A stretch of 64,000 nt of DNA from an uncultured Gammaproteobacteria bacterium (GTDB lineage: Bacteria; Pseudomonadota; Gammaproteobacteria; DRLM01), in contig CAVXFH010000002.1 in the NCBI GenBank assembly GCA_963761035.1, positions 250,686 to 314,685 on the forward strand, written 5' to 3'. Of this stretch, positions 1 through 12,800 are shown piece by piece. Every line of letters starts with the position of its first letter. The stretch's first letter is position 1. The position numbers and the translations under genes are program-made. Under the pieces are notes generated by a model. It was not told the DNA's origin, searched no databases, and was given only the letters and a program-made list of their open reading frames with translations.

Positions 1-245
1 GGCGAATTAATATATAAATGTATGTCTTTATCCGGGTTTTCCGATTCCAGAAACAATAATTGCGCTACTACCAGATTGGCGGTGTAGTCCTCGACGGGAC
101 CTACCATGAACACCACCCGTTCCTTGAGGAGACGAGAATAAATATCATAGGCGCGCTCGCCACGTGCCGACTGCTCCACTACCATCGGCACCAGATTCAA
201 TGCCTTGGTAATTACCTGCTCACTGCCGTCTCTGATAGCCACCAT
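1..245 (-). CDS. clpP: ATP-dependent Clp protease proteolytic subunit ClpP, N-terminal part (gene continues past the left edge)
   Basis: Own reverse-strand translation from the ATG at 245-243: [82 protein letters not shown]. This matches the conserved ClpP N-terminus ([22 protein letters not shown] ... LYINSPGG). It is absent from the ORF track because no stop lies in the window. Classic tig-clpP order. Confidence 0.9.
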   Translation of the reverse strand, partial: MVAIRDGSEQVITKALNLVPMVVEQSARGERAYDIYSRLLKERVVFMVGPVEDYTANLVVAQLLFLESENPDKDIHLYINS

Positions 246-280
246 TAAATTTTACCTTAAATATCATTAACATATAATAT

Positions 281-345
281 TTGAATTGTGCCTTAAAGAA
301 TCGGGCAGTATGCAATCGACCCTTTATCCTATCGGCACAATTCAA
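281..345. repeat. 12-bp perfect inverted repeat TTGAATTGTGCC (281-292) / GGCACAATTCAA (334-345), 41-nt spacer, in the tig-clpP intergenic region
   Basis: Read directly from the sequence. Lies between the tig stop (396) and the clpP start (245). Confidence 0.6.
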
Positions 346-395
346 CCTTGGAATTAACTCATTTAACCACGGATTTAGTCCTTAAACAAACTAGC

Positions 396-1694
396 TTACG
401 CTCCCTCCCGTATGGTATTGGACAACTCAGCAAATGGGGTGGGTTGCTCGCTAATCTCTCCGTGCTGCAGCAGCCACTCTACCGCCTGATCCTCCAGAAC
501 CAAGGCTTCAACGTTCCCAAGACGGTCCCGGCGCGCGTAATACCATTTGACCACCTCTTCGGGATGCTCATAGGTCGCGGCAACCGCTTCCACCGCAGCG
601 CGCACCTTCTCGGGAGCAGCCTTGAACTGATTCTTTCTAACTACCTCCGCAATGATCAGGCCTAAGGCTACCCGGCGTCGGGCCCGTTCCTCCACAACAT
701 TGCTCTCTATATCATTCAATTGCGCTCCCGGGTTCAGCTCTCCGGGATACTCCTTGATCCGCACCATCTCTTCATCAATGAGCGCCTTGGGAAGCTGAAT
801 GGGATTGGTCGCTACCAGCGCGTCCATCACCTGAAGTTTGACTCGCTCCTTGATTGCTTGTTCTGCTTCGCGGCGCATAGTGGCCTTCACTTCTTCGCGA
901 AAGGCCGGAACACCTCCCGAATGGATACCAAAACTCTTGAAAAAGTCTTCATCCAAATCCGGCAGCTTGGCTTCGGCAACCTCGTGAATTATCACGTTGA
1001 AATGGACCCATTTGCCCGCCAAACTTTGTACCTGATAATCGTTGGGAAACTCGATTTCGAAACCGCTATCCTGACCGGCTTTCAGGCCCACCAATTTTTC
1101 TTCGAAGCCCGCAATCAAGGTACCGGCACCCAATACCACCGTATAACCCTTGGCGGCGTTCCCGGGGAACTCCTCGCCATCAAGGTTTCCTGAGAAGTCC
1201 AGTACCATTCTATCGCCCTGTTGTGCGGTACGGGTCACCGGCTCCCAAGTGCGTCGTTGCCCGCGCAATGTCTCCACCATTTTGTCAATATCGGTTTCGG
1301 TTATCTCAGCGGTGGGTTTCACAACTTTCAAATTGAGCGGCAATTGCAACTCAAACTCAGGGTAAACCTCGAAGGTTGCGGTAAATCTCAGACCGGAGCC
1401 CGGCACTTCAGACTGCAATTCAAAGTGCGGCGCACCGGCCGGACGCAGCTTCTGCTGGCTGATCGCCTCATAGAAGCTCGACTGGATAAGCTCATTGCGT
1501 ACTTCCTGACGAATTGACCCGCCCCAACGGCGCTCGACAACCTTAAATGGTACTTTACCGGCCCGAAAGCCATCCACGCGAACCTTCCTGCTCAGCGATT
1601 TGAGTCGGTTTTCGATCTCTTGATCGTAGCGTTCCGCCGGCACCGCAATAGTCAAGCGGCGCTCAAGGCCATTGGTCGTCACCTCTATCTGCAT
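396..1694 (-). CDS. tig: Trigger factor (ribosome-associated peptidyl-prolyl isomerase chaperone)
   Basis: 432-aa ORF beginning MQIEVTTNGLERRLTIAVPAERYDQEIENRLKSLSRKVRVDGFRAGKVPFKVVERRWGG, the typical trigger-factor N-terminus. Correct length and located upstream of clpP. Confidence 0.95.
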   Translation of the reverse strand: MQIEVTTNGLERRLTIAVPAERYDQEIENRLKSLSRKVRVDGFRAGKVPFKVVERRWGGSIRQEVRNELIQSSFYEAISQQKLRPAGAPHFELQSEVPGSGLRFTATFEVYPEFELQLPLNLKVVKPTAEITETDIDKMVETLRGQRRTWEPVTRTAQQGDRMVLDFSGNLDGEEFPGNAAKGYTVVLGAGTLIAGFEEKLVGLKAGQDSGFEIEFPNDYQVQSLAGKWVHFNVIIHEVAEAKLPDLDEDFFKSFGIHSGGVPAFREEVKATMRREAEQAIKERVKLQVMDALVATNPIQLPKALIDEEMVRIKEYPGELNPGAQLNDIESNVVEERARRRVALGLIIAEVVRKNQFKAAPEKVRAAVEAVAATYEHPEEVVKWYYARRDRLGNVEALVLEDQAVEWLLQHGEISEQPTPFAELSNTIREGA

Positions 1695-1786
1695 CTTACT
1701 AACCTCATTAAACCTAAAATTTCAAAAGATTATAGCGAATTTTCCACCCATTCCCAAAATCCGCCAACCAGTTCAAATTTTAAATT

Positions 1787-1872
<86 letters not shown>

Positions 1873-2070
1873 AAGGTTTAAGTTGCTGCATCTGTCGGAT
1901 ATAAGCCTAACAAGGCAAGACGCGCCCATTGCCAACATTATTCTTCTAAAGCTGTGGGAGCTAGTGTTATTGGTGGCATCTTCGGACAACATCGTAGTGA
2001 AAGCCTAACAGTGGCATTATTCCGCCCATATCCGTGTCCGCCCCTTGCCGCGCCGAGGATGGATCGATAT

Positions 2071-2146
2071 TGGTGGGCCGTGTAGGAGTCGAACCTACGA
2101 CCTATGGATTAAGAGTCCACTGCTCTACCAACTGAGCTAACGGCCC
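2071..2146 (-). tRNA. tRNA-Lys (anticodon CTT)
   Basis: Reverse complement GGGCCGT TA GCTC AGTTGGTA GAGC A GTGGA CTCTTAA TCCAT AGGTC GTAGG TTCGACT CCTAC ACGGCCC ACCA. Clean cloverleaf, 76 nt. Confidence 0.85.
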
Positions 2147-2169
2147 AATATTAACCAAATATATTAAAG

Positions 2170-2246
2170 TGGGGTGGACGATGGGGCTCGAACCCACGAC
2201 AACCGGAATCACAATCCGGGGCTCTACCAACTGAGCTACGCCCACC
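2170..2246 (-). tRNA. tRNA-His (anticodon GTG)
   Basis: Reverse complement G GTGGGCG TA GCTC AGTTGGTA GAGC C CCGGA TTGTGAT TCCGG TTGTC GTGGG TTCGAGC CCCAT CGTCCAC C CCA. The extra G-1 opposite C73 is the tRNA-His hallmark. Confidence 0.9.
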
Positions 2247-2312
2247 ATTAACTCGATTTTAAACCGCCCCCTCGGACCGACTTACAACCGAGGCCAAATC
2301 ATAGCATGAGAG

Positions 2313-2389
2313 TGGCGCGCCCGGCAGGACTCGAACCTGCTACCCTCGGCTTAGAAGGCCGATGCTCTATCCAGATGAGCTACGGGCGC
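2313..2389 (-). tRNA. tRNA-Arg (anticodon TCT)
   Basis: Reverse complement GCGCCCG TA GCTC ATCTGGATA GAGC A TCGGC CTTCTAA GCCGA GGGTA GCAGG TTCGAGT CCTGC CGGGCGC GCCA. Confidence 0.9.
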
Positions 2390-2447
2390 AGACGCCCCTT
2401 CAACCACCCGACTGTGCGAAAAGCACATCTGCTACCCACCACAAAAT

Positions 2448-2524
2448 TGGTCGGGGTAGAGGGATTCGAACCCCCGACATCCTGCTCCCAAAGCAGGCGC
2501 GCTACCAGACTGCGCTATACCCCG
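2448..2524 (-). tRNA. tRNA-Pro (anticodon TGG)
   Basis: Reverse complement CGGGGTA TA GCGC AGTCTGGTA GCGC G CCTGC TTTGGGA GCAGG ATGTC GGGGG TTCGAAT CCCTC TACCCCG ACCA. Confidence 0.9.
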
Positions 2525-2631
2525 CATTGACGTATCCGCACGTCCCCCTGTACAGAGCCAAGCCCACACGAAATCGGCGATAATACGCACCGCTCAAGAA
2601 TACGTCAATTTCTTGCGTATGGCGGTATTTT

Positions 2632-3780
2632 TCAGGCATCCACCTTGAGGCTTCGCCATGCCAACAGCAGGGCTACGGCGCTCAACAGCGCCGCCACACC
2701 GAAGGCAGCGGGACCGCCGCCCATATCCCACAAATAACCACTGTACAAAGCCCCTACCGCGCCGCCCGCGCCAAAACTGAGACTGCTGTAAAGGGCCTGA
2801 CCCCTGCCTTGATATCGGCCGTGGAAAAAGCGGTGGATTATTTGAATGGCAGCCCCATGATGGACGCCAAAAGTGGCGGCGTGCAGTATCTGGGCGGCGA
2901 TTAATACCGGCAGACTATCGATAACGTAACCGATCAATATCCAGCGCAGGCTCGCCAATCCCAGACTCCCCAAGAGCAGCCTGCGCAGACCCCAGAGCGG
3001 CACCAATCTGTGCATCACCAAAAATACACCGATCTCCGCGATGACGGCCAAGGCCCACAGCTGGCCGATAACGCCGCGCGAATAACCATGATCCTGCAGG
3101 TACAAGGAATAAAACGTGTAATAAGGACCGTGACTAGCCTGCATCAAAAAGCATACCGCCAGTAAGCTCACCACACGGGGATGACTCAATACCTCGCGCA
3201 GAGGCGTTTGTGCCCGCGGCAAATGGCCGATGATTCGCTCCGGCACCCAAAGACTGCTCAGCCAGATACCGAAAAACAATGCCAGCAACACCGCGGGCAG
3301 CAAGCCGTTACCGAAATAATCCAACATCGGCCCCAGAATCACCACCGTAGCAATGAAGCCGATGGATCCCCACAAACGGATCGCACTGTAGCGATGGGTC
3401 TGCTCGCCGAGGTGATTGAGGGTGGTAACCTCAACCTGCGGTAGTGAGGCATTCCAGAAAAAACTGAAGGTCATCATCACCGCCGCCATCCACCAAAAGT
3501 GGCTGCCGAAAAATACGCCGGCAAAGGTGACTGCAGCGGCCAAGGAACCCAGCTGCACGATACGTATACGCCGCCCGGTGTGATCGGCGATCCAGGCCCA
3601 CACATTGGGCGAAACGATCTTGGTCATCATCATCAGAGCCATCAACTGCCCGATGACAGCGGGCGTGAAACCCAAGCCCGCCAGATACAGCGACCAATAG
3701 GGCAACAGGGCGCCCAAGGAGGCAAAGTAAAACAGATAGAAACCGGAGAGTTGCCAATAAGGGACCGCCATTGTCCGCAT
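2632..3780 (-). CDS. MFS transporter (HcaT/nucleoside-H+ symporter-like, 12 predicted TM segments)
   Basis: 382-aa highly hydrophobic ORF. N-terminus YWQLSGFYLFYFASLGALLPYWSLYLAGLGFTP resembles the MFS_1_like/PPP subfamily. Substrate unknown. Confidence 0.75.
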   Translation of the reverse strand: MRTMAVPYWQLSGFYLFYFASLGALLPYWSLYLAGLGFTPAVIGQLMALMMMTKIVSPNVWAWIADHTGRRIRIVQLGSLAAAVTFAGVFFGSHFWWMAAVMMTFSFFWNASLPQVEVTTLNHLGEQTHRYSAIRLWGSIGFIATVVILGPMLDYFGNGLLPAVLLALFFGIWLSSLWVPERIIGHLPRAQTPLREVLSHPRVVSLLAVCFLMQASHGPYYTFYSLYLQDHGYSRGVIGQLWALAVIAEIGVFLVMHRLVPLWGLRRLLLGSLGLASLRWILIGYVIDSLPVLIAAQILHAATFGVHHGAAIQIIHRFFHGRYQGRGQALYSSLSFGAGGAVGALYSGYLWDMGGGPAAFGVAALLSAVALLLAWRSLKVDA

Positions 3781-3822
3781 AAAGATCGTTCGGTCGGGAG
3801 AGGGGCGCGGACCGCCGCCGGA

Positions 3823-4935
3823 CTACTCGGGTGCGCCAGGTGCTTGAGCGGGGATCACGGGAGTTTCACTATGCGCATCGAAATTCTGCGCGCGGTGACG
3901 CAACATGTGATCCATCAACACCAAGGCTAGCATGGCCTCGGCGATGGGCGTGGCGCGAATCCCTACACAAGGATCGTGACGGCCGGTGGTGATCACCTCC
4001 GCCGCGTCGCCGCGAACGTTTACGGTGCGTCCCGGCAACCGAATGCTGGAAGTTGGCTTCAAGGCGATGCTGCACACGATATCCTGACCGGTAGAGATGC
4101 CGCCCAAGATGCCGCCGGCATGGTTACTCAAAAATCCCGCGGGCGTAATCTCGTCGCGATGTTCGGTCCCCTTTTGCTCCACACAGGCGAAACCGGCGCC
4201 GATCTCCACGCCCTTCACCGCGTTGATGCTCATCATGGCCTTAGCGATCTCGGCATCTAGGCGATCGAATACCGGCTCGCCCCAGCCCGGCGGTGCGCCG
4301 CTGGCCACCACGGTGATGCGCGCGCCGATGGAATTGCCCTCCTTGCGTAAGGCATCCATGTACGCCTCCAACTCCGCCACCTTCGCGGCATCGGGACAAA
4401 AGAAGACATTGTTGTTCACCTCAGCCCAATCGAAGACCACGGGACGGATGGGACCGAGCTGCGCCAGATATCCGCGGATATCCATCCCGAAGTTCTCGCG
4501 CAGATATTTCTTGGCGATGGCCCCCGCCGCCACCCGCATGGCGGTCTCGCGCGCCGACGACCGGCCGCCGCCGCGATAGTCGCGGAGTCCATACTTCTGC
4601 TGATAGGTGTAGTCGGCATGACCGGGGCGAAAACGGTCCATGATCTTGGAATAATCCTTGGAACGCTGGTCTTCGTTCCGGATCAACAGGCCGATGGGGG
4701 TGCCGGTGGTCCTGCCTTCGAACACCCCGGAGAGAATTTGCACCGCATCGGATTCTCGCCGCTGCGTAGTGTGGCGGGATTGACCGGGCTTGCGCCGGTC
4801 CAGGTCATGCTGAAGATCCGCCTCGCTGAGGCACATTCCCGGCGGGCAGCCGTCTACGACGGCGCCCAGCGCCGGGCCATGGCTCTCGCCGAAAGAGGTA
4901 ACCGAAAATAGAGTTCCAAAAGTGTTGCCGGACAT
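3823..4935 (-). CDS. aroC: Chorismate synthase
   Basis: 370 aa, [33 protein letters not shown] ... [17 protein letters not shown] ... [18 protein letters not shown]. Canonical AroC motifs. Confidence 0.95.
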   Translation of the reverse strand: MSGNTFGTLFSVTSFGESHGPALGAVVDGCPPGMCLSEADLQHDLDRRKPGQSRHTTQRRESDAVQILSGVFEGRTTGTPIGLLIRNEDQRSKDYSKIMDRFRPGHADYTYQQKYGLRDYRGGGRSSARETAMRVAAGAIAKKYLRENFGMDIRGYLAQLGPIRPVVFDWAEVNNNVFFCPDAAKVAELEAYMDALRKEGNSIGARITVVASGAPPGWGEPVFDRLDAEIAKAMMSINAVKGVEIGAGFACVEQKGTEHRDEITPAGFLSNHAGGILGGISTGQDIVCSIALKPTSSIRLPGRTVNVRGDAAEVITTGRHDPCVGIRATPIAEAMLALVLMDHMLRHRAQNFDAHSETPVIPAQAPGAPE

Positions 4936-5192
4936 GGAGAACTATTGTAACGGGTAATAAGGCGGACGTCTTGTGCCTAATCATATGCCGCACCAGCACA
5001 ACGCCTTTTTTATCGCCGATGTGGAATCGCGGGCAAGCACTATCGACCTACGCACAGAGTGCTCATGCACAACACTAATTGAGCGCGCGCGAATTATCCA
5101 ACTTATAAACGGGGAAAGCGTTCATCGCGCGATCTTATGGTAAACGCTCGCCCTCCCTAGGATATATTTGAGCAGGAAACCCCGGTCCCGTT

Positions 5193-5495
5193 TTACTTTG
5201 ACGAAAAATAAGCGGCGAGGTCGGCAATATCCTGCTCACTGAGACTATTCGCCATCATGTTCATCATCTGCTCCTTGCGTACGCCGCTCTTGAAGGCGCG
5301 CAACTGTTCCGCAAGGTAATTGGCATTCTTGCCGGCCAGGGGGATGCGGCCTTTGCCGTCGATACCGTGACAACTGGCGCAACCTTTGGCCTTTTCGGCG
5401 CCCGCGGCGGCGTCGCCGGCGGCCCGTACCGAGGCGGCGCTCGCCGCGACGATGACGAACAAGGCCGCATTGATAAGTCCCTGATATGCATTCAT
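5193..5495 (-). CDS. Class I c-type cytochrome (small soluble, signal peptide)
   Basis: Start chosen at MNAYQGLINAALFVIVAASAASVRA (ATG 5495, AGGAGA Shine-Dalgarno upstream). Single CASCH haem motif and a distal Met-rich segment MMNMMAN. The upstream 27 codons of the track ORF overlap hemN. Confidence 0.8.
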   Translation of the reverse strand: MNAYQGLINAALFVIVAASAASVRAAGDAAAGAEKAKGCASCHGIDGKGRIPLAGKNANYLAEQLRAFKSGVRKEQMMNMMANSLSEQDIADLAAYFSSK

Positions 5496-5508
5496 GCCTT
5501 TCTCCTGC

Positions 5509-6897
<1,389 letters not shown>

Positions 6898-6958
6898 GCC
6901 TCTCGTCCCCGCAAATCCAGAGTGTTCATTGTAAGTGATTTACCGCGGCCCGGACACA

Positions 6959-7902
6959 TCAAACCCCAGCGGCGAACGCGGCGCGGTAGCGGGTCAAGAC
7001 AGAATTTTCAAGTAGAAAAACTCCTCCGCCGCCCCTGGCAAAATCCAGCCAGACGAAAGGCACCTCGGGAAAACGCTTCACCAAGGCCTGTTCGCTATTG
7101 CCTACTTCTACCACCAATACACCTTCCGGTGACAGATAGTCCGGCGCGGCGTGGAGGATACGTTTCACGATATCGAGGCCGTCCTCCCCCCCGCCAGCCC
7201 CAACAGCGGCTCGCGATGATATTCCTCCGGCAGCGCCGCCAGTTCCTCACGGCCGACATAAGGCGGATTGCTCACGATCAATTCGTAACGCCGCCCCGCC
7301 AACGCGGCGAACAGGTCGGAATGTACGGCGTGCACCCGGTCCGCCATCCCATGGCGATCGATGTTGATACGCGCCACCGCCAAGGCATCCGGGGAGATGT
7401 CCACGGCGTCCACTTCCGCCTCGAGAAAGCCATGGGCGCATGCAATAGCGATACAACCGCTACCGGTGCCAATATCAAGGATACGCGTCACCTCGCCGTG
7501 CAGCCAGGGGGAGAATCCGTTTTCGATCAGTTCGGCGATGGGTGAACGCGGCACCAACACCCGCTGATCCACATAGAATTGCAAACCGGCGAACCAGGCC
7601 TCGTTGGTGAGGTAGGCCGCGGGTAGCCGTTCCGCGATGCGCCGGTTCAATAATTGCGCAACGGCGCGGCGTTCGACGAGCGTAAGCCGAGCGTGCATCA
7701 GTTCCGCGGGCAAGCCCGGCGTCAAGTGCGTAATGTGCAGCACCAAGTGCAGGGCCTCGTCGACGGCATTGTCGGTACCATGGCCGAAAATCACCCCTGC
7801 TTGGTTTAAACGGCTCGCTCCCCAGCGGATGTAATCCTGCAAGGTGCGCAATTGCTCGATGATCTCGTCATCCGCCGCTGACATCGGCCCGCTCCCGTTC
7901 AA
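6959..7902 (-). pseudogene. prmB: 50S ribosomal protein L3 glutamine N5-methyltransferase PrmB, reading frame broken at a C7/G7 homopolymer
   Basis: Two adjacent ORFs (7165-7902 and 6959-7168) together give a full PrmB: ...SNPPYV...[13 protein letters not shown] / (D)[29 protein letters not shown]... Adding one G to the G7 run (plus-strand C7 at 7186-7192) restores [15 protein letters not shown]. This may be a sequencing error rather than a true pseudogene. Confidence 0.7.
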
Positions 7903-8125
7903 AAAGTGAATATGATAATCGAACGAACCCGGTTACGGAATGGATGGACGGATCCCTCATTCGACACAATTATCTCTTCAAAGTAGCCCATCAACCCTAC
8001 TGCTCAGCCCTTTGATGGACTACCTGTAATATCATAGCTCCGTCATGACCCTGCCCGCTTTGCCATTAACGCCTACCCGCTCCGTTGCCGCACTTCTGCG
8101 CTGCTTTTCCCCTCGGTGGCGTACC

Positions 8126-9868
8126 ATGGCAAAAAATACCGCGCGACTTATCGTCATGGCCGCCCTGTTCCTCAACGCCATCGCCGCTGACGCGGGACTC
8201 GCGGTGAATGTCGAGATCGCGGGCGTCTCGGACGCGCTGCTACACAATGTCCGAGCCTACCTCAGTATCGAACAGCAAAAAAACGACCCCGATCTTAATG
8301 AAAATCAATTGCAGCGCCTGCATCACCGTGCCGGGGACGAGATCGCCAAGGCCTTGCAACCTTTCGGCTATTATCAACCGCGAATCACCAGCAACCTGCG
8401 CATTGTCGACGGTAAGTGGCTCGCCAGTTACAACATCGACCCGGGCCCCCCGGTTCATATCACCGCCGTGGACATCCGCGTGGAAGGCGACGGCGCCAAT
8501 GACGCCGAGTTCCAGTCTCTGGTAGCGCAATTTCCGCTGCATCGCGGCGACATACTGAATCAACCCCTTTACGAAAAGGGCAAGCAAGACTTCCAACGTT
8601 TCGCTACCGAACACGGTTATTTCGATTTTAAGTGGGTAAAGAGTGAAATAGCCGTGGACTTGCAGGTAAACACGGCCAAAATCACGCTGCTCATCGACAG
8701 CGGGCCCCGCTATCGTTTCGGCGAAGTGCGCATCCATCAAGACGTATTACGCCCCGAGTTGCTGAAGCGATTTATCCCCTTTAAGGCCGGCGATACCTAT
8801 AACACGGCCAAACTTCTCGAACTGCAAAGCGCCCTGACCGATAGCGATTATTTCAGCAATGTGGAGATCAACCCGCGCAGGGATCTTAGCAAAGACCGAG
8901 AGGTACCCATCGACGTCACCTTGTCGCCGCGCCCTCAACACCGTTACACCCTCGGGGCGGGTTATGGCACAGATACCGGGGCACGCGGAAAATTAGGATG
9001 GGACAATCGCCGCATCAACGACCGCGGTCACCGTTTCGGTCTTGAATACAGCGTTTCGCAGATTCATGAAGGGCTCGCTGCCCGTTACATAATACCAATC
9101 CGCAATCCCCGAACCGATCAATTCGCCATCACCACCAGTTACAGTAATGACTATCCCAAGACCAGTAGCAGCGAAACCTTTCTCTTGGGCGGAAGCCGCA
9201 GCGTCGATCGCGGAAACAATTGGCTGGAGACCCTCTATCTCAATTACCAGACCGAATCATTTTCGGTGGGCGGCGAAAGCGGAAACTCGGTGATGCTGAT
9301 GCCGGGAATCACCTGGTCCAAGGTCAGTGCCGACAACCGCATCTATCCCCTGCGCGGACTGCGTCTGCTGCTCGACGTACACGGGGCTCATCCGGATCTA
9401 CTCTCAAACGTGCAATTCGTACAAGTGCGCGCTCAGGCGAAATTCATCCATAAATTCTTTGCCAAGGAGCGTATTATCCTGCGCGGCGATGTCGGCGCGA
9501 CCCGTTTCGGCGCGATCCGCTCCTTGCCCACCTCGGTACGGTTCTTCGCCGGTGGTGATCAAAGCGTACGCGGCTACGCTTACAACAGCCTCGGCCCGGT
9601 CAACGCCTCGGGACAAGTGTTGGGAGGCTCCCAATTGCTGGTGGGCAGCGCCGAATTGGAACACCGTTTCACTGACAAATGGAGTGTAGCTTTGTTCTAT
9701 GATGCCGGAAACGCGATGAACGATTGGCAGGAATCTCTCAAAAAGGGCGTGGGTTTCGGCATACATTGGCGTTCACCCGTCGGCCCGATCCGTTTCGATC
9801 TCGGCTTCGCGATCTCTGAACCCGGCGTCCCCAAACGCCTGCATATCACCGTGGGGCCAGACTTATGA
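8126..9868 (+). CDS. tamA: Translocation and assembly module outer-membrane subunit TamA (Omp85 family)
   Basis: Start taken at MAKNTARLIVMAALFLNAIAADA (signal peptide). POTRA-like N-terminal part and a C-terminal bacterial surface antigen barrel. The stop overlaps the tamB start (ATGA at 9865-9868). Confidence 0.85.
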   Translation: MAKNTARLIVMAALFLNAIAADAGLAVNVEIAGVSDALLHNVRAYLSIEQQKNDPDLNENQLQRLHHRAGDEIAKALQPFGYYQPRITSNLRIVDGKWLASYNIDPGPPVHITAVDIRVEGDGANDAEFQSLVAQFPLHRGDILNQPLYEKGKQDFQRFATEHGYFDFKWVKSEIAVDLQVNTAKITLLIDSGPRYRFGEVRIHQDVLRPELLKRFIPFKAGDTYNTAKLLELQSALTDSDYFSNVEINPRRDLSKDREVPIDVTLSPRPQHRYTLGAGYGTDTGARGKLGWDNRRINDRGHRFGLEYSVSQIHEGLAARYIIPIRNPRTDQFAITTSYSNDYPKTSSSETFLLGGSRSVDRGNNWLETLYLNYQTESFSVGGESGNSVMLMPGITWSKVSADNRIYPLRGLRLLLDVHGAHPDLLSNVQFVQVRAQAKFIHKFFAKERIILRGDVGATRFGAIRSLPTSVRFFAGGDQSVRGYAYNSLGPVNASGQVLGGSQLLVGSAELEHRFTDKWSVALFYDAGNAMNDWQESLKKGVGFGIHWRSPVGPIRFDLGFAISEPGVPKRLHITVGPDL

Positions 9869-12800
9869 ATGTGATTGGCCGCTTCTTTGCCGTGCTCCTT
9901 ACTCTACTGGCCGCGTTGTTGGTGTTCGCTGTTTATTTGCTTCATTCCCCGCATGGTTTGGAATGGGGTTATCGCTTTGCGACGATCTTGGTTCCCGGCG
10001 AGCTGACTATCGATCACCTCGAAGGACAATTGCGCGGTCCGCTTAGGTTACGCGGCGTGCATTATCGCAACGACAACCTCGACCTGCGGCTGACGCAACT
10101 CGACCTGCGATGGCAACCCGGCGCCCTGGTGGAAGGCAGATTGCAAATCGATACCGTGGTTGTCACCGGGCTGCATATCGTCACTGAACCCTCTACAGCC
10201 AAAACAAACTCGTTGCCCGATATTCATTTGCCTATCGAGGTGAAGATTGAACAAGCCGCGGTCCACGACTTGAGCGTCGCTGCACGCGGTAAAGGCGCTC
10301 CCTTTACTCTAACCGACGCGACCTTAAGCCAGGCCGAATTCAAACGACACCGGCTTCAACTGCAACGCCTCGCCGTATCCGGGCCGCATTACCAGTTGAC
10401 TGCGAAGGGTAATGTCACGCCGAGGCGCGCCTACCCCTTGGACCTCGATATACAGTGGTCGGCGGACGGCGGCAAATATGGCATCTTAGCCGGGCAGGCT
10501 CATTTAAGCGGTGATCTGCAACAACTTAAGATACATCACCAATTGTCTTCGCCCGTTCGTGCCGAACTCAACGGTACGGTCGCCGATGTCTTGACCGATC
10601 TGAGATGGCAAGCCGAACTGCGCGTGCCGGAGATCAAACTGCAGACGCTGCGCGCCCAATGGCCGGCCTTGACATTGGGTGGAACGGTACACGGCAACGG
10701 CACGATGCAACGCCTCCAAGTGGAAGGCGAATTGCATAGCCACTATCGCGCACTGGACGCCGATCACCGCTTCGCCCTGGCCTATGAAAAGGATACCCTG
10801 CAGTTAAGCCGATTTGATACCACTTTGGCGAAAACCAGTGCACGGATAGCTCTGCGTGGCACCATCGCCGACCTCGCGAAGCTACCGCGGGTTGACATTG
10901 ATGGCACTTGGCAAAATTTAAGTTGGCCGTTGCAAGAACCGTTTGCGATTCGCAGTACCAAGGGGCACTTCAGCCTTGCGGGTACGTTCGATCACTATCA
11001 CATACAGGCAGATGGCGACCTGGCCGGGCACCAGATACCTGCTAGCACCTGGTCGCTGAACGCCGACGGTACGCCGCAAAATCTGACCGTCACCAAGATT
11101 GAAGGAAAGTTCCTCGATGGCACGATGATGGGTAACGGCAAACTCGTTCTTCAGCCGCAGCTGGCTTGGGAGGCCACTATTCATGGTAATGATCTCGATC
11201 CCGGCGTGCAATGGCCCGCTTGGCCGGGCCGGCTCGCCTTCTCCGCGCATAGTAGCGGTAACATCAAAGATGGTATCACTCACGCACAAATTGGGATTTC
11301 CAATGTGCGAGGCGACCTGAAGAATTTCCCCATCGACGGTGACGGCGCTATACATATAGACGGCGATCGCTTTGTCCTTTCCGAAATACGCATCGATTCC
11401 GGAGGTAACCGCTTTACCGCCTCCGGCAGCTTACAGGACACCTGGCTTGGACAATGGCAAATCACCGCCACCGATCTTGCCCAATTATTACCCGGTAGCG
11501 CCGGCCGCCTGCAAGGCAGCGGCGGCATCAGCGGGCCGCGCGACAGTCCTATTTTAACCGCATCGTTGATCGGACAAAAACTCAATTTCGCCGACAAGCA
11601 CCTCGGCGAAATCGATTTAGTCATGGCCATGGACACGCGAGGCCGCTTGCCTTCCATAATTCAAATCGAGGCTTATGATGCCGCCTTCGGCAATATGCGC
11701 ATGGAAAGAATTCGTTTATATGGCGACGGCAACGCACAACACCACCGGCTGCGGCTATTCGCATCCGCGGCGCCTGGTAAAGCGGCGATTACGATCAACG
11801 GCAGTTATCAGAAACAGCAATGGGCCGGCTCCATCGATAAAATCGATATCGAGTCGCCTGTTGCTGGCCGCTGGCAATTGGCCGAACCGGCTAAGGCCAT
11901 TCTCGATCAATTCACCGCGCATCTCGATACACTATGCCTGCAACAAGCAAAAGCGCGTTTCTGCACTGAAATGCAATGGGCGACACAGAGCGGCTGGAAT
12001 ACGCAAGCGTCGTTACGCGGCTTGCCGCTCAATTTTATTAAAGACTGGATGCCGAGCGGCACTGCACTGGCGGGAAGTCTCGATGCGGACATCCAGGCCG
12101 ACAATGCCGCCGGTCTCATTAAAGGCAAAGTGGATGCCCGCCTCAACGCAGGCGTGGCACATCCAGCCATACCCGGTAATGGAGAAACCAGCTCGTCAAT
12201 TATTTATCATCGAGCGCATCTCACCATGATCTTGGATGATCAAAACCTCGCTACCCAGTTGCAAGCAGGGCTTGCGGACGGTGGTTCCATCCAGGGTAAT
12301 CTCACCATCAAGCGCAATGCACTGCCTGCGCCGCTGGGCATGGGACAAAGCGATCTCGATAAGTCACTCGCCGGCCAGCTTCACGGCGATATCAAAGAAC
12401 TGAGCCTGCTGCCGGCACTCATCCCCGGTATGGAACATACACAAGGCCATCTCTCCGCTTTGCTTACTACCGCGGGCTCCTTAGATAAGCCACAAATAAT
12501 CGGCGAATTACGCTTGGAGAACGGCAGCGCCACCATCCCCGACTTGGGCATCAACCTGGAGGAGATCACCTTGGTGGCTCACGGTGATGAACAGGACCAT
12601 CTCCGCCTTGATCTCCAACTGCGCTCCAAAGGCGGCACCCTGCGTCTGGGAGGGGACCTGCGCTTCGATAAGGCTAGCGGTCTCAACATTCAAGCCCAAC
12701 TTACAGGTGATAAGGCCGAGATTGTCAATATGCCGGAATACCATATTCTGGCCTCGCCCAATATCCATCTCAGCGTGCAAGGGCACCGCATCGATCTCGA

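Noticed and set aside
60-248. 62-aa + strand track ORF at the left edge
   Set aside because: It is the antisense shadow of clpP. The reverse-strand translation is an unmistakable ClpP N-terminus.
6922-7545. 207-aa + strand ORF rich in Arg/Pro
   Set aside because: Antisense to prmB, with implausible composition.
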